Assembly (NCBI GenBank): GCA_963666515.2
Contig: OY762897.2
Location: forward strand, 4,352,001-4,416,000
Source: Candidatus Binatia bacterium
Lineage (GTDB): Bacteria; Desulfobacterota; Binatia; UBA9968; JAJDTQ01
Length of the DNA stretch: 64,000 nucleotides
Direction: 5' to 3'
The position numbers and the translations under genes are program-made. Of the stretch, positions 20,501 through 28,624 are shown one piece after another. The notes under the pieces were generated by a model. That model searched no databases and had not been told where the DNA came from. It saw only the letters and a program-made list of their open reading frames with translations. Position 1 is the stretch's first letter. Each line of letters begins with the position of its first letter.

Positions 20501-22458
20501 CGATAACGGTGTCGAGCTTAGAGGACGGGTTGGTGGAAGGGGACGAGACGTTCACGTTGAGGGTGGGCGTGACGGAGGCGCCGGCGGGGGTGAAGGGTTC
20601 GGAGGGGACGGGCACGGTGGCGGACGACGACCGCGCGGGAGCGGGAGTGGAAGTCACGGTGACGGACGTGACGGTGGAGGAGGGCTCACCGCTGGTCTTC
20701 ACGGTGAGCCTGGCGCAGGCGGTGCCGGACAACATCGTGACGCTACGATACGCGACGCATGACGGCACGGCCCATGCAGGACAGGACTACACCGCGGTTT
20801 CGGGCACGTTCACGTTTGCGGCAGGGGAGACGAAGAAGACGGTGGAGGTTGCGACGTTGGACGACGAGTTCGATGAGGGCTCGGAGACGATGGAGTTGCG
20901 GCTGAGCGATGCAGTGAACGGGAAGCTGGAAGACCCGGTAGGGGTGGGGACGATCGAGAACGACGATCCGTTGCCGTCGGCGTGGCTGGCGCGGTTCGGG
21001 CGGACGGTGGGAGAGCACGTGATGGGGGCGATCGACGCCCGGCTGCACGGGGACTCGACGGGCTCACACCTGACGGTGGGGGGAGTGACGGCGCAGAAGC
21101 CCGAGGAGGGCGAGGGCCGGCGGCCGGTGGGACCGTCCGGGCCGTCGGGGGCCGGAGAGTGGGAGGGCCTGGCGAGGGGCGAAGGGAAGGGAGCCGGCTG
21201 GCCAGGGCCTCTGGGGGACGGAGCGTTCGGGTCCGGTACGGCCGGGTTCGGTGCAGCCGGGTCCGGAGCGAAGGTGATGACGACACGGGAGTTGTTGGCG
21301 AGCAGCGCGTTCCGCTGGCGGCTGGGCGGGTCTGAGGAGGGCTCGGTTTCGGGCATGCGGTGGACGAGTTGGGGGAGTGGCGCGGCGACGCGCTTCGACG
21401 GACGGGAGCGTTCGGTGTCGCTGGACGGCGAGGTGGTTGGGATGACGCTGGGTGTGGACGCGGAGTGGGGCCCCTGGACTGCGGGGATGGCGGCTGCGTA
21501 CAACGACGGCCGCGGCTCGTATGACGACGCCAAGAGCGGAAATAGCGGCAAGACCTGGAGCACGCTGACGAGTGTACACCCGTACGTTCGCTGGCAGAAG
21601 GAGGGTCTGTCGGTGTGGGGTTTGTTGGGTCACGGCCAGGGAGAGTACGCAGTGGCTCCGGGGGAGGGGGATGAGACGGTTCGGACGGACATGGGGATGA
21701 ACATGGCGGGAGTGGGTGCTCGTCGGACGCTGGCGCCGGTGTCAGGGGGAGTGGAGTTGGCGTTGCGCGCGGACGGGATGTTCGTGTGGATGAACTCGGA
21801 CGCGGTAGCGGGGCGGTTGCAGGAGACGCGGACGGAGACGCGCCACCTTCGGCTGCTGCTGGAGGGGAGCCGGAGTTTCGGGGTGGGGAATGGAGGAGTG
21901 CTGACGCCGACGCTGGAGGCGGGGGTTCGCCACGACGCGGGGGACGCGGAGAGGGGATTCGGGTTGGAGGTGAACGCTCGGGTGCGCTACGAGGACGTGG
22001 CGCGGGGGCTGACGGTGGAGGCCCGGGGCCGCGGCATGTTTGCGCACGAGGTGAAGGGTTACGAGGTTTGGGGAGCGAGCGGGTCCGTGGTCCTGGATCC
22101 TGGGTCCGACCGTCTGGGGCTGTCGTTGCGGGTGCAGCCGTCGTGGGGAGAGCCGGAGAGCGGTGTGGAGAGCCTGTGGGACCAGGGAGCCTCGGAAGAC
22201 GGGAGTCCGGCCGGAATCGGGACGGGAGTGCGTCTGGACACGGAGTTGGGCTACGGCCTGCCGGTGCTGGAGGGACGCGGGGTGTTCACGCTCCAGACCG
22301 GGTTCGGTATGGACGACGGCGGCGCGCACAGGTTGCGCGTGGGCGGTGTGCTGGACACCGACAACGGGTTCGAGCTGAGCCTGTCGGGCGAACAGACGGT
22401 GCCGCACGAGGGTGAGCCGGACTACGAGGTCGTGCTGAGCGCCCGCTTCGCCTTGTAG
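11581..22458 (+). CDS. Giant Calx-beta/Ig-like repeat surface protein with C-terminal autotransporter-like beta-barrel
   Basis: Signal peptide ...AVPAAAQ; many ~110-aa T/S/D-rich repeats (ATEGTDY, DDxxxEGDET, GTGTIxDDD); AWLARFGRTV linker helix followed by amphipathic beta strands. Alternative start at 11701. Confidence 0.85.
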   Translation: MTDSIQALTTVASRKRASACCCDPATATRGSARLPRWVLGMRFPRIAVALFAALVAIGLTAVPAAAQITVNLSTSVTSWNEGAGATQVTVTVSSDYSFIVPMVTTVYVGYNTDGATEGTDYNTVNSFAITIPADNNTKSATGTFTLTPKQDALFEGDETIKVGGVTNQSDISVNSTNITLTDDDVRLTASVASMNEGDAARTVTVTATAGTATSAKRGIGIYIGGNNDSATEGTDYATVAEHTINIEANQTTGSTSFTLTPTQDNSAEGDESLSITGWFAGGGSTVGTSIAIYDDDYSLSVNPSSLDEDAGTRQVTVTACCGTAAGARSVRVKVGQSGDSFKEGTDYETVRDFDITIAANATNGTGTFNLALQDDGVYEFTKTITIAGTSSHGSVTGTSISIHDDDADPAVSLELAVTSASEAGGAKTVKVTAYNRLDTYDSSWEVDVEVGKTGDSATEGTDYATVADFTIRSAKPGDTWASTSFTLTPTNDTAIEGTERISVTGTTLIGNAKVGTAFLSLTDDDATSIALSANKSSVSEGASATTVTVTATAAKNLSAAAAVTVYVGDSGTADYGIDYAKVSDFTINIASGSKTGTGTFTLTPTDDSAVEGNETIGIGGSVTGHSLTGTSLTLSDNDTHAITLSASPTSVAEDASATSVTVTATAASAISSARTVAVAVGGSGTATSGTDYAAVSNFDITIAANATSGTGTFTLTPTDDSSVEGDETIGIAGSGTSLTVTGTSLTLSEDDTYAITLSASPTSVAENASGTSVTVTATAGSAISSARTVTVAVGGSGDGATEGTDYATVNDFTVTIAANATSGTGTFTLTPTQDTSAEGDETVGITGSGTLMTVTGTSLAITDDDVRTISLSSNKSTVAEGAGATTVTVTATANSAVTESTTVTVSVGDSEDGATSGTDYTAVDDFTVTIAKDATTGTGTFTLTPTDDSTYEAEESVSVSGSSSPHTVTGTSLAIGNNDGIGITLSLSPTSVVEGAGSTSVTVTATATKTALAAITLDVQVGKTTDSATEGTDYPTVNDFTLTIAKGSKTGTATFKIIPNADKKTSESNETISVDGTGSPHTVTGASLTLTNATASNPITLSVSPSSLGEAAGETTVTVTARMQTSFKGAGDVTVTVGGSGSAKSGTDYAAVSDIELSFSADSPTTATGTFKLTPTNDSLVESNETVWVDGSSDYGQVVGASVTINDNDGAAVTLSANKTSVSEGASATSVTVTATASAASSNARTVTVAVGQNGDGAIEGTDYSEVSNFAITIAANKTSGTGTFTLTPTQDDVVEGSESLTISGSGSQLNVSSTSISLTDDDTAPAVNLSVSPASVTEGASDPLNLEGGGKTVTVTAAFSPAKTYAYDRTVAVSVGGSGSATSGTDYDAVSNFNVKISAGQKSGTATFDLKSTDDSDYEGDETIGVAGTSTGLTVNSVNLTLADNDSAAVTVNDASAEEGSSMTFTVTLDKAVQGGLKVTPSYTNVTAADADYTANTTALTFSGTANETHTFTVSTVDDEVVEDTETFTVGLSVSDAPSGVTSTDTGTGTINRVAGSGGDTAAVTINDASAEEGSSMTFTVTLDKAVQGGLKVTPSYTNVTAADGDYTANTAALTFTGTANETRTFTVSTVDDDVVEDTETFTVGLSVSDAPSGVTSTDTGTGTINRVAGGGGDSATVTINDASADEGSSMTFTVTLDKAVQGGLKVTPSYTNVTAADGDYTANTAALTFSGTANETRTFTVSTVDDDVVEDSETFTVGLSVSDAPSGVTSTDTGTGTINRVAGGGGDSATVTINDASADEGSSMTFTVTLDKAVQGGLKVTPSYTNVTAADGDYTANTTALTFSGTANETHTFTVSTVDDEVVEDTETFTVGLSVSDAPSGVTSTDTGTGTINRVAGSGGDTAAVTINDASAEEGSSMTFTVTLDKAVQGGLKVTPSYTNVTAADGDYTANTAALTFTGTANETRTFTVSTVDDDVVEDTETFTVGLSVSDAPSGVTSTDTGTGTINRVAGGGGDSATVTINDASADEGSSMTFTVTLDKAVQGGLKVTPSYTNVTAADGDYTANTAALTFSGTANETRTFTVSTVDDDMVEDSETFTVGLSVSDAPSGVTSTDTGTGTINRVAGGGGDSATVTINDASADEGSSMTFTVTLDKAVQGGLTVTPSFTDVTTDKSTDYTENTAALTFTGTANETRTFTVSTIEDTALEGNETFTVGLSVSGAPSGVTSADTGTGTINNDDGTTVTLSDANAGEGESMTFTVTLSKAVQGGLTVTPSYTDVTAVEGTDYGANTTALTFTGTANESRTFTVSTTEDTVVEGDETFTVGLSVSGAPSGVTSTDTGTGTIKDDDSTEITLTVNPASVDENAGATAVTVKAATDGDTFKTARTVTVSVGDSADSADSGTDYAAVSDFTITITAGQTGGTGTFTLTPTDDTEIEGDEAITVAGASTGLTVNGTSVTLADDDFDISSAATFADAEAVEGEPLTFTVTLNNGVKNGFEVTPVITGGTATSGQDYKTELSPSLLVFAGTAGEQQTFTVTTIDDRVVEHEETVTVSFTVSDTRVSGVPDSALGLIVDNDVARLKISNARAEEGDSLTFTMTLSNTVSGGFKARPVFMDGTAVEGSDYQGNRPTLEFSGTSGESRSVTVPSLEDGVVEPEEWFNIGLSISGAPGGLRVGAGVGVIEDDDEAVLTVSDARGEEGEGLVFTVTLDNEVQSGFTVRPVFTDGSAEEGSDYRENRPALEFSGTAGESHTFEVSSLEDGVVEYDEDFTVGLDTTEVPAGVKVVSGVGVIEDDDEAVLTVSDASAKEGEALVFTVTLDSAVQSGFTVRPVFTDGSAEEGVDYTENRPALEFSGVAGESRTFEVMSLEDAVVEYNEEFTVSLDLTEGPGGLQTGAAGTGTIEDGTETVVRVSDARAEEGEDLVFTVTLENAVVGGVTVTPSYADGTALEGTDYTENVAALTFAGTAGESHAITVSSLEDGLVEGDETFTLRVGVTEAPAGVKGSEGTGTVADDDRAGAGVEVTVTDVTVEEGSPLVFTVSLAQAVPDNIVTLRYATHDGTAHAGQDYTAVSGTFTFAAGETKKTVEVATLDDEFDEGSETMELRLSDAVNGKLEDPVGVGTIENDDPLPSAWLARFGRTVGEHVMGAIDARLHGDSTGSHLTVGGVTAQKPEEGEGRRPVGPSGPSGAGEWEGLARGEGKGAGWPGPLGDGAFGSGTAGFGAAGSGAKVMTTRELLASSAFRWRLGGSEEGSVSGMRWTSWGSGAATRFDGRERSVSLDGEVVGMTLGVDAEWGPWTAGMAAAYNDGRGSYDDAKSGNSGKTWSTLTSVHPYVRWQKEGLSVWGLLGHGQGEYAVAPGEGDETVRTDMGMNMAGVGARRTLAPVSGGVELALRADGMFVWMNSDAVAGRLQETRTETRHLRLLLEGSRSFGVGNGGVLTPTLEAGVRHDAGDAERGFGLEVNARVRYEDVARGLTVEARGRGMFAHEVKGYEVWGASGSVVLDPGSDRLGLSLRVQPSWGEPESGVESLWDQGASEDGSPAGIGTGVRLDTELGYGLPVLEGRGVFTLQTGFGMDDGGAHRLRVGGVLDTDNGFELSLSGEQTVPHEGEPDYEVVLSARFAL
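15931..17982 (+). repeat. Six near-identical 342-bp tandem repeats (plus a partial seventh)
   Basis: Units start at 15931, 16273, 16615, 16957, 17299, 17641 and 17983; 114 aa each. Confidence 0.95.
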
Positions 22459-22535
22459 AGAACAGCCTGAATCCTGGCGTCCTCCGCGCCCTCCGAAAGC
22501 ACTGGCGCCGAACTCTCAACCGGTGATACCATGCT

Positions 22536-23441
22536 ATGTTGGTGAGACACAACGTTCGACGCAACAAGGGATACGTGGCCGCCAGCTTGGCGCTCACGCT
22601 ATGGGCGGTGGTAGCACTTTCCCCAGCCGCCGCGGCGGACGACCCGGTAGCGCGGGGCAAGTACCTTGTCCGGGCCGGTCTGTGCGTCGCCTGCCACACC
22701 GATTTCAAGAACAAGGGCGCCGAGCTTGCCGGCGGTTACGCCATCGAGGTGCCCTTCGGCACCATCTACAGCACCAACATCACGCCGGACCCGGAAACCG
22801 GCATCGGCGATTGGAGCGACGAGGAATTTCTCCGGGCCATGCGCGAGGGCGTCGGCCGCCGTGGCCAGCACCTCTTCCCCGCCTTTCCCTACACCTCCTT
22901 CACTCGCATGACCGACGAGGACATCCTGGCCATCAAGGCCTCCCTGTCCACGGTCAAGCCCGTGCACAGGGAGAACCGGGAGCCTGAGCTGACCGTGCCT
23001 TTCAACTGGCGTTTCCTGCTGGCGGGCTGGAAGTGGCGCTATTTCGAGGAAGGCCCGTGGACGCCAGACCCCGGCAAGCCGGCGCAGTGGAACCGGGGCG
23101 CCTATCTCGTCCAGGCGGTCACGCACTGCGCCGAGTGCCACACTCCGCGCGATTGGGCCGGAGGACTGGACCGGGAGCTTCTGATGGCGGGTGCCGCCGA
23201 CGGACCCGAGGGCGAGACCGCCCCCAACATCACCGCGCACCCGAGGACCGGCCTAAGCGACTGGTCCGTGGAGGACATGGTGGAGCTGCTGAAGAGCAGC
23301 TACAAGCCGGACGGCGACAACGTCCAGGGCCTGATGGAGCGCGTCATCATCCACGGCTACGAGCACATGACCGACGAGGACCTCACCGCCATCGCCGTCT
23401 ACCTGCGCTCGCTGCCGCCCATCGACAACCGGATCGATTGA
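22536..23441 (+). CDS. Diheme cytochrome c (dehydrogenase cytochrome-subunit-like)
   Basis: Signal peptide; CVACH and CAECH; NITPDPETGIG, RGAYLV. Confidence 0.9.
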   Translation: MLVRHNVRRNKGYVAASLALTLWAVVALSPAAAADDPVARGKYLVRAGLCVACHTDFKNKGAELAGGYAIEVPFGTIYSTNITPDPETGIGDWSDEEFLRAMREGVGRRGQHLFPAFPYTSFTRMTDEDILAIKASLSTVKPVHRENREPELTVPFNWRFLLAGWKWRYFEEGPWTPDPGKPAQWNRGAYLVQAVTHCAECHTPRDWAGGLDRELLMAGAADGPEGETAPNITAHPRTGLSDWSVEDMVELLKSSYKPDGDNVQGLMERVIIHGYEHMTDEDLTAIAVYLRSLPPIDNRID

Positions 23442-23832
23442 ACGGAGACCTTGCCCGCGGCGAGCGGTTCGTCAGGGTCCCGTGGGTTTCCCTGCCTGCG
23501 CTGTTCATCTTCCCACTGCAACGCGGCGTCCCGTGTCGTGCGCAGGCCCACTTGCAGGATGTGCCCTTTTTCCCAACCGTCTTTCTGCCTGTGCTCGGCT
23601 TCTCGACGATCGATGCCGTCGCTGATGTTCGGATTGTCAGAAAGTGCCACTCAAATGCGACCTCCCTCCGCCAACAGACAGCGATCGTAATATATCGTAT
23701 GATCCAATAAACTGCAACCGCAGAGCCTTGGACTCGCCTCCTCGCACACCTACCCTCGGCCTCGACGGAAGCGGCGTTCCCAGGTGCCACTCCGAACCCA
23801 GGAACACATAGGCAAGCAAACCGCTTAGGCTC

Positions 23833-24834
23833 CTAGTGCCCCGGGTCGTTACCCAAGCCCAGGAGCCGTGCTGCGTTTCCCCCGCAAACCGCGTCGGAGC
23901 CGCCCAGCCCGGCCTGCTCCAGCAGGTCCAGCGGGTCGCTTTCACCCATGTCGTAGGGATAATCGGTGCCCAGCAGGAGCCGTTCTTCGCCGGCGAGGTC
24001 TCGCAGGAAGGCGAGCATGCGGGGGTCGTGCAGGATGGTGTCGAAGTAGAAGCGGCGGAAGTACGTCTCCGGGTCGCCGGGGACCGCGCGGGCCGCCGCC
24101 ACCGCGCCGTGGCCGTGGACCACGCGGCCAAGAAGGTAGGGGAGGGCGCCGCCTCCGTGCACCAGGCAGATGTTGAGGGAGGGGTGGCGCTCCAGCACGC
24201 CGCCGAGGATCAGCGATGCGGCGGCGATGGCGGTGTCCATGGGATTGCCCACCAGGTTGTTCATGTAATACCGGCTGAGCCGCTCCGGGGCCGCGACCCG
24301 GTGCGGATGCAGTTGCACCAGCACGCCCATGTCGGCGGCGCATTCAAAGAAGGGTTGGAACGCCTCGTCGTCCAGGTTGACCCCGTTGATGTGGGTGCCG
24401 ATCTCCACCATGCGGATGCCCAGGACATCCACGGCGTAGCGGAGTTCCTCCACCGCGGCGCGGGCCGACTGCATGGGAATCGTGGCCACGGGGATCAATC
24501 CCGGCTCGCCTCGCGCGGCTTCGGCATTGGTTTCGTTGAAGAGCCGAGACACCGCCTGCCCGTGAACGCCCTCCAACTGATACGTCACGATGGTCATGGG
24601 CGGCGACAGCACCTGCCGGTCCAGCCCACGCTCCCGCATGGCGTCGAGGCGTGCCGGCAGGTCGGATAGAAACGGCTGCAACGACGCCGGACGGCCTTCC
24701 CCCACCCGCAGCGTCAACCCGCCGGAGCCGTCCTCCTCGATATGACAGCCGTGCCGGGCGCCGTCCCGGCGCATCCCCTGTATCCACTCGGGCGGGGTGA
24801 AGTGGGCATGGATGTCGATGACTGGCATGGGCAT
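23833..24834 (-). CDS. Amidohydrolase_2 family protein (ACMSD-like)
   Basis: IDIHAH, LHPH, HGGGALP, LLGTDYPYDM. Confidence 0.9.
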   Translation of the reverse strand: MPMPVIDIHAHFTPPEWIQGMRRDGARHGCHIEEDGSGGLTLRVGEGRPASLQPFLSDLPARLDAMRERGLDRQVLSPPMTIVTYQLEGVHGQAVSRLFNETNAEAARGEPGLIPVATIPMQSARAAVEELRYAVDVLGIRMVEIGTHINGVNLDDEAFQPFFECAADMGVLVQLHPHRVAAPERLSRYYMNNLVGNPMDTAIAAASLILGGVLERHPSLNICLVHGGGALPYLLGRVVHGHGAVAAARAVPGDPETYFRRFYFDTILHDPRMLAFLRDLAGEERLLLGTDYPYDMGESDPLDLLEQAGLGGSDAVCGGNAARLLGLGNDPGH

Positions 24835-24855
24835 CTTCGCTCTCCCAAGGGCGAT

Positions 24856-25431
24856 TTATTCCTTCTTGGCCATCACGTCGGCAGCGGCCAGGTTCTCGCC
24901 GACCCGGTGGAACGGACGGCCCGAGTCGCTGATGGCGAGGACGACCACGATCTCGTCAGCACGCGGGGCGTCGGGTACGGAGACCTGCATCGAGTCAAAG
25001 TGGCTGAACTTCCAGACGTCGTCCTTGTGGTGCAGCGGGCAATCGATGGCCGTCCCCGGACCCCCGATCTTCGTGGTGGAGGGCATGACCGAACTGGCCG
25101 GCCCGACGATCTCGCGCACCGGCCGGCCAAGCCGCGGATGCATCACCGCGGCGGCGTGCTCCCGCTCTCCCTTCTCGCCGACGATGGCCGCCTTGCCGTA
25201 GCTGTGGACGGCCGCGCCGTCGATGCCCAGCGCGTCGATGGCGCGTTGGGCCAGAAGGCCGCCGAGTTCCGCGCCCGCCTTCTGCAGCTCTTCCAGCTCC
25301 TCGTCGTAGACCCCGGCATAAGGGTTGGCGATGACGGCGATGGCCGCGGCCTGACGCGACGCGGGCTCCACCGGCCGGTCGATTTCGCGCCGGGTCTCCT
25401 CGACTATTGTGACGAGCTTGCGGATCTCCAT
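24856..25431 (-). CDS. Amino acid synthesis family protein (DUF1185-like)
   Basis: NPYAG, SYGKAAIVGEKGEREHAAA, SHFD, DAPRADEI. Confidence 0.8.
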   Translation of the reverse strand: MEIRKLVTIVEETRREIDRPVEPASRQAAAIAVIANPYAGVYDEELEELQKAGAELGGLLAQRAIDALGIDGAAVHSYGKAAIVGEKGEREHAAAVMHPRLGRPVREIVGPASSVMPSTTKIGGPGTAIDCPLHHKDDVWKFSHFDSMQVSVPDAPRADEIVVVLAISDSGRPFHRVGENLAAADVMAKKE

Positions 25432-25608
25432 GCGGCTCCCTCCTGGTCGTGACACGGGTTTACGTCACTATGCCATCATCGGTTCCCGTTGCAACGTCTC
25501 GCGCGACGACCTCTCAAGTTCCCGGTTTGACAAGGACCCCCCGATGTTGTTTCTTAGGGAACCCCGAAAAATCGGGCAGATACGGCATTTACGCACAGGA
25601 GGACGGTT

Positions 25609-26586
25609 ATGAGAAAGTGGGTTGCCATCCTGGTGTTGCTGACCCTGGTGGCGTTTGCGCAAGCGGCCACCGTCGCGGCCGCGGACTTTCCCAAGAAGAA
25701 CATCACCATCATCGTCGCGGGGTCTCCCGGCGGTGGTTTCGACCGGCTGGCCCGGGGCATCGGCAGGACCATGCGGAAGTACCTGCCCAAGGGCGTCCAT
25801 CTCGTGGTCAAGAACATCACGGGCGGCGGACTGGTCATCGGCACGGTGGCCATGTACAAGGCCAAGCCCGACGGCTACACGTTGGGCCACCTGTTCACCG
25901 ACGGCATGCTCGGCAAGCAGTTGATCAGCGGCGTGGCCAAGACCGGCTACGACGTCACCAAGTTCACCTACATCGCACGGGTCGGAGCCGAACCCTACAG
26001 CCTCATCGTGGGCAAGAACTCCAAGTTCCATTCCCTTGAAGACCTCCAGAAGGCCAAGCGGGTGAAATGGGGCGTGGAGGGCATCGGCGTGTCGCGCTGG
26101 ATACCGACCTTCGTGACCGCCAAGGAGCTCGGCATCCAGATGGACGTGGTGTCGGGCTACCGCGGCACCAGCGAGGGCATACCGGCCATGATCCGGAACG
26201 ACTTCGACGTCTACCTGCAGCCCATCGACCACCCCACCACCGCCACCTACATCGCGTCGGGCGACGTGAGGCCGATCCTTCACCTGCACAGCGAGAGGCC
26301 GGTGAACGCTCCGAAGACGCCGACGGCCGTGGAGAAGGGGGTCGACCTCCGCCTCTACGTGGGCCGCAGCATCGTGGCGCCTCCGGGCCTGCCCGATGAC
26401 CGGAAGAAGATCCTGGAAGACCTGTTCATGAAGGCCATGACCGATCCGGAGTACAAGGAGTTCCTGGCCAAGTCCAAGAGCCCCATCGTCCCCGGCGACT
26501 CCAAGGTGGCGCAGGCCGACCTGGAAAACTACGTAAAGAGCTACAGCAAGTACACCCAGGCCATGCGCGACGCGTTGCCGAAGTGA
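25609..26586 (+). CDS. TTT substrate-binding protein (TctC/Bug family)
   Basis: FPKKNITIIVAGSPGGGFDRLAR, KPDGYTL; GGAGG RBS. Confidence 0.9.
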   Translation: MRKWVAILVLLTLVAFAQAATVAAADFPKKNITIIVAGSPGGGFDRLARGIGRTMRKYLPKGVHLVVKNITGGGLVIGTVAMYKAKPDGYTLGHLFTDGMLGKQLISGVAKTGYDVTKFTYIARVGAEPYSLIVGKNSKFHSLEDLQKAKRVKWGVEGIGVSRWIPTFVTAKELGIQMDVVSGYRGTSEGIPAMIRNDFDVYLQPIDHPTTATYIASGDVRPILHLHSERPVNAPKTPTAVEKGVDLRLYVGRSIVAPPGLPDDRKKILEDLFMKAMTDPEYKEFLAKSKSPIVPGDSKVAQADLENYVKSYSKYTQAMRDALPK

Positions 26587-26607
26587 CGGCGTTCTAGCCG
26601 CAATCGC

Positions 26608-26643
26608 GGAACGGGGATCCGTCTTCGGAGGGATCCCCGTTCC
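26608..26643 (+). terminator. Strong hairpin after tctC (terminator or mRNA stabiliser)
   Basis: Perfect 13-bp stem GGAACGGGGATCC/GGATCCCCGTTCC with inner C(TTCG)G loop; weak U-tail. Confidence 0.6.
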
Positions 26644-26669
26644 TTAGCTCCCACGGAAAGCGAGATCGG

Positions 26670-28004
26670 ATGGATCATCCCGTGAGCCCGCAGGCGCAGT
26701 CGCGTCCGCCCATACCGTTGCCGTTCCACTATGCCTGGCTCATCGTCGCGGTGACCTTCTTCGCCAGCTTCAACGGCGCCGGCATACGGGTGGTTCCTAC
26801 GGTGCTGATCCATCCGCTCGAGGCAGACTTCGGGTGGGCTCGCTCGGCCATCACCTTCGGGATTTCCCTCAACCTTCTGCTCTACGGCGCGGTCGCTCCG
26901 GTGGCGGGCTGGTTTCTGGACAAGGTCGGGCCGCGCAGGGTCATGCTCACCTCGCTGACGATGCTTTGCACCGGCCTCGTGGCGACGACTTTCGTGACCG
27001 AGTTGTGGCAGTTCTGGTTGACGTGGGGTGTCCTGGTGGGGCTGGGGGCGGGCGGCATGTCCGGTGTCCTGTCCGCTTCGGTGGCGCATCGCTGGTTCAA
27101 CGCCCGGCGCGGGCTGGCGGTGGGCATACTCAGCAGCGGCAGCTCCACGGGACAGATCGTCTTCATCCCGTTCATGCTGTTCATCGTTGCCTACGTCGGC
27201 TGGCGTATGGGTTCCTACGTGCTCGTTGCCTGCACGGCCACCGCGGTGGTGCTGGTCTGGCTGCTCATGCGGGACAAGCCCGAGGACATCGGTCTGGAGG
27301 CATACAACGAGGGACCCGGAGCGCAGACGGCGCCCGTGGCTGGCAAGCCGGCAGCCGAGCCGGGGGAAGCCAAGCCCGCGACGCCGGTCATGGGCATCAA
27401 GGACGCCGTCAAGACGCCCACCTTCTGGCTCCTGTGCGGCGTGTTCTCCATCTGCGGCGGCACGGCCAACGGGCTCATCGGAACGCATCTGTTACCCCAC
27501 GCCCTGGAGAACGGGTTCGACAATGTAACCGTGGCCTTCGCGATCGGACTCATGGGGACCATGAACATCCTCGGAACCCTGTTCTCCGGTTGGCTGGCTG
27601 ACCGTGTCGATCCCCGGAAGCTGATCGCCGTGGTGTTCACGTTCCGGGGGTTGTCGCTCTTCTATCTGTTGTGGGTGGACACCACCCTTGGACTCCTCGC
27701 CTTCACCGTCGTGTACGGCCTCGACTGGTTCGCCACCGTTCCGCCGGTGGTGATGATCGCGGGCCAGACCTTCGGCAAGCAGTCCATCGGCCGCATCTAC
27801 GGCTGGATCTTCCTGTCGCACCAGATCGGCGGGTTCGCCATGGCCAACGCCGGCGGCCTGCTGTACGACTACGTTGGCAACTACGAGATGGCGTTCTTCG
27901 CCGGCGGCTGGATGGGGCTGATGGCCGCGGCGTTCGGGCTCAGCATAAGGCCCAAGAAGACAATGCCGCCGCTCGCGCCGACGCCCGCGGGCGCGGCCGC
28001 CTGA
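26670..28004 (+). CDS. MFS transporter, paralog of 7020-8330
   Basis: Shared motifs PLEADFGW, SVAHRWF, ICGGT.NGLIG, YGLDWFATVPP. Confidence 0.9.
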   Translation: MDHPVSPQAQSRPPIPLPFHYAWLIVAVTFFASFNGAGIRVVPTVLIHPLEADFGWARSAITFGISLNLLLYGAVAPVAGWFLDKVGPRRVMLTSLTMLCTGLVATTFVTELWQFWLTWGVLVGLGAGGMSGVLSASVAHRWFNARRGLAVGILSSGSSTGQIVFIPFMLFIVAYVGWRMGSYVLVACTATAVVLVWLLMRDKPEDIGLEAYNEGPGAQTAPVAGKPAAEPGEAKPATPVMGIKDAVKTPTFWLLCGVFSICGGTANGLIGTHLLPHALENGFDNVTVAFAIGLMGTMNILGTLFSGWLADRVDPRKLIAVVFTFRGLSLFYLLWVDTTLGLLAFTVVYGLDWFATVPPVVMIAGQTFGKQSIGRIYGWIFLSHQIGGFAMANAGGLLYDYVGNYEMAFFAGGWMGLMAAAFGLSIRPKKTMPPLAPTPAGAAA

Positions 28005-28026
28005 GCGAGCGCTGACGGCGCCGGCG

Positions 28027-28488
28027 TTACGACCGTTTGTCTTTTCCGCCGGCGGACTCGTAGTCGTACACGTACTGCCAGGGCACCGAGCAGTGGGCCC
28101 AGACGAGGGGCTCGAACTTCTCCCACCATTGCAGATCCCGGCCCTCCATGCTCAGGACCCGCACCATGCGCACCATGTCCTGGATCTGGTACTTCTCCAG
28201 GGCGGGCTCGAACGCGGGCATGATGCCCTTGCCCTTCTTGATGACTTGGCGGATCTCGAAGATGTCGCGGTTTTCCACGGTGTGGCGGAAATCAGGCACC
28301 TTGGCGGAAAGCGCCTTGGCGATGGGCCCGTCGCCGCGCCCGCCGGGGCCGTGGCAGCTCGCGCAACGCTGGGCGTAGACGAGCCGCATCTCCTCTTCCC
28401 GGATGCAGCCCGATAGGACCACCACGCCCAGCAATACCAGCCATGCGGCGAGGACCGGCGTGCGCCGGCGGGAGTTCGTCAGCATCAC
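28027..28488 (-). CDS. Monoheme cytochrome c lipoprotein
   Basis: Lipobox LSGC; CASCHG; distal MPAF. Confidence 0.8.
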   Translation of the reverse strand: MMLTNSRRRTPVLAAWLVLLGVVVLSGCIREEEMRLVYAQRCASCHGPGGRGDGPIAKALSAKVPDFRHTVENRDIFEIRQVIKKGKGIMPAFEPALEKYQIQDMVRMVRVLSMEGRDLQWWEKFEPLVWAHCSVPWQYVYDYESAGGKDKRS

Positions 28489-28624
28489 CTTTCCCTCCTA
28501 CCATCTTCGATGCGCGAACAAAACAGAACGGTTTCGGGAGGTTGAGCCCGCGCAACGGTTGGCTTCTTTCCCGGAACCCTATACGCTTGTCCGCAACCAT
28601 CCGGCATGAAAAAGTTTCCTTGAG

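Noticed and set aside
23442-23832. 390-bp gap between the convergent cytochrome c and amidohydrolase genes
   Set aside because: No convincing ORF, repeat or RNA structure could be supported by eye.
7020-28004. Two similar MFS genes as a recent duplication or mobile repeat
   Set aside because: Protein motifs are shared but the DNA is clearly diverged; ordinary paralogy.
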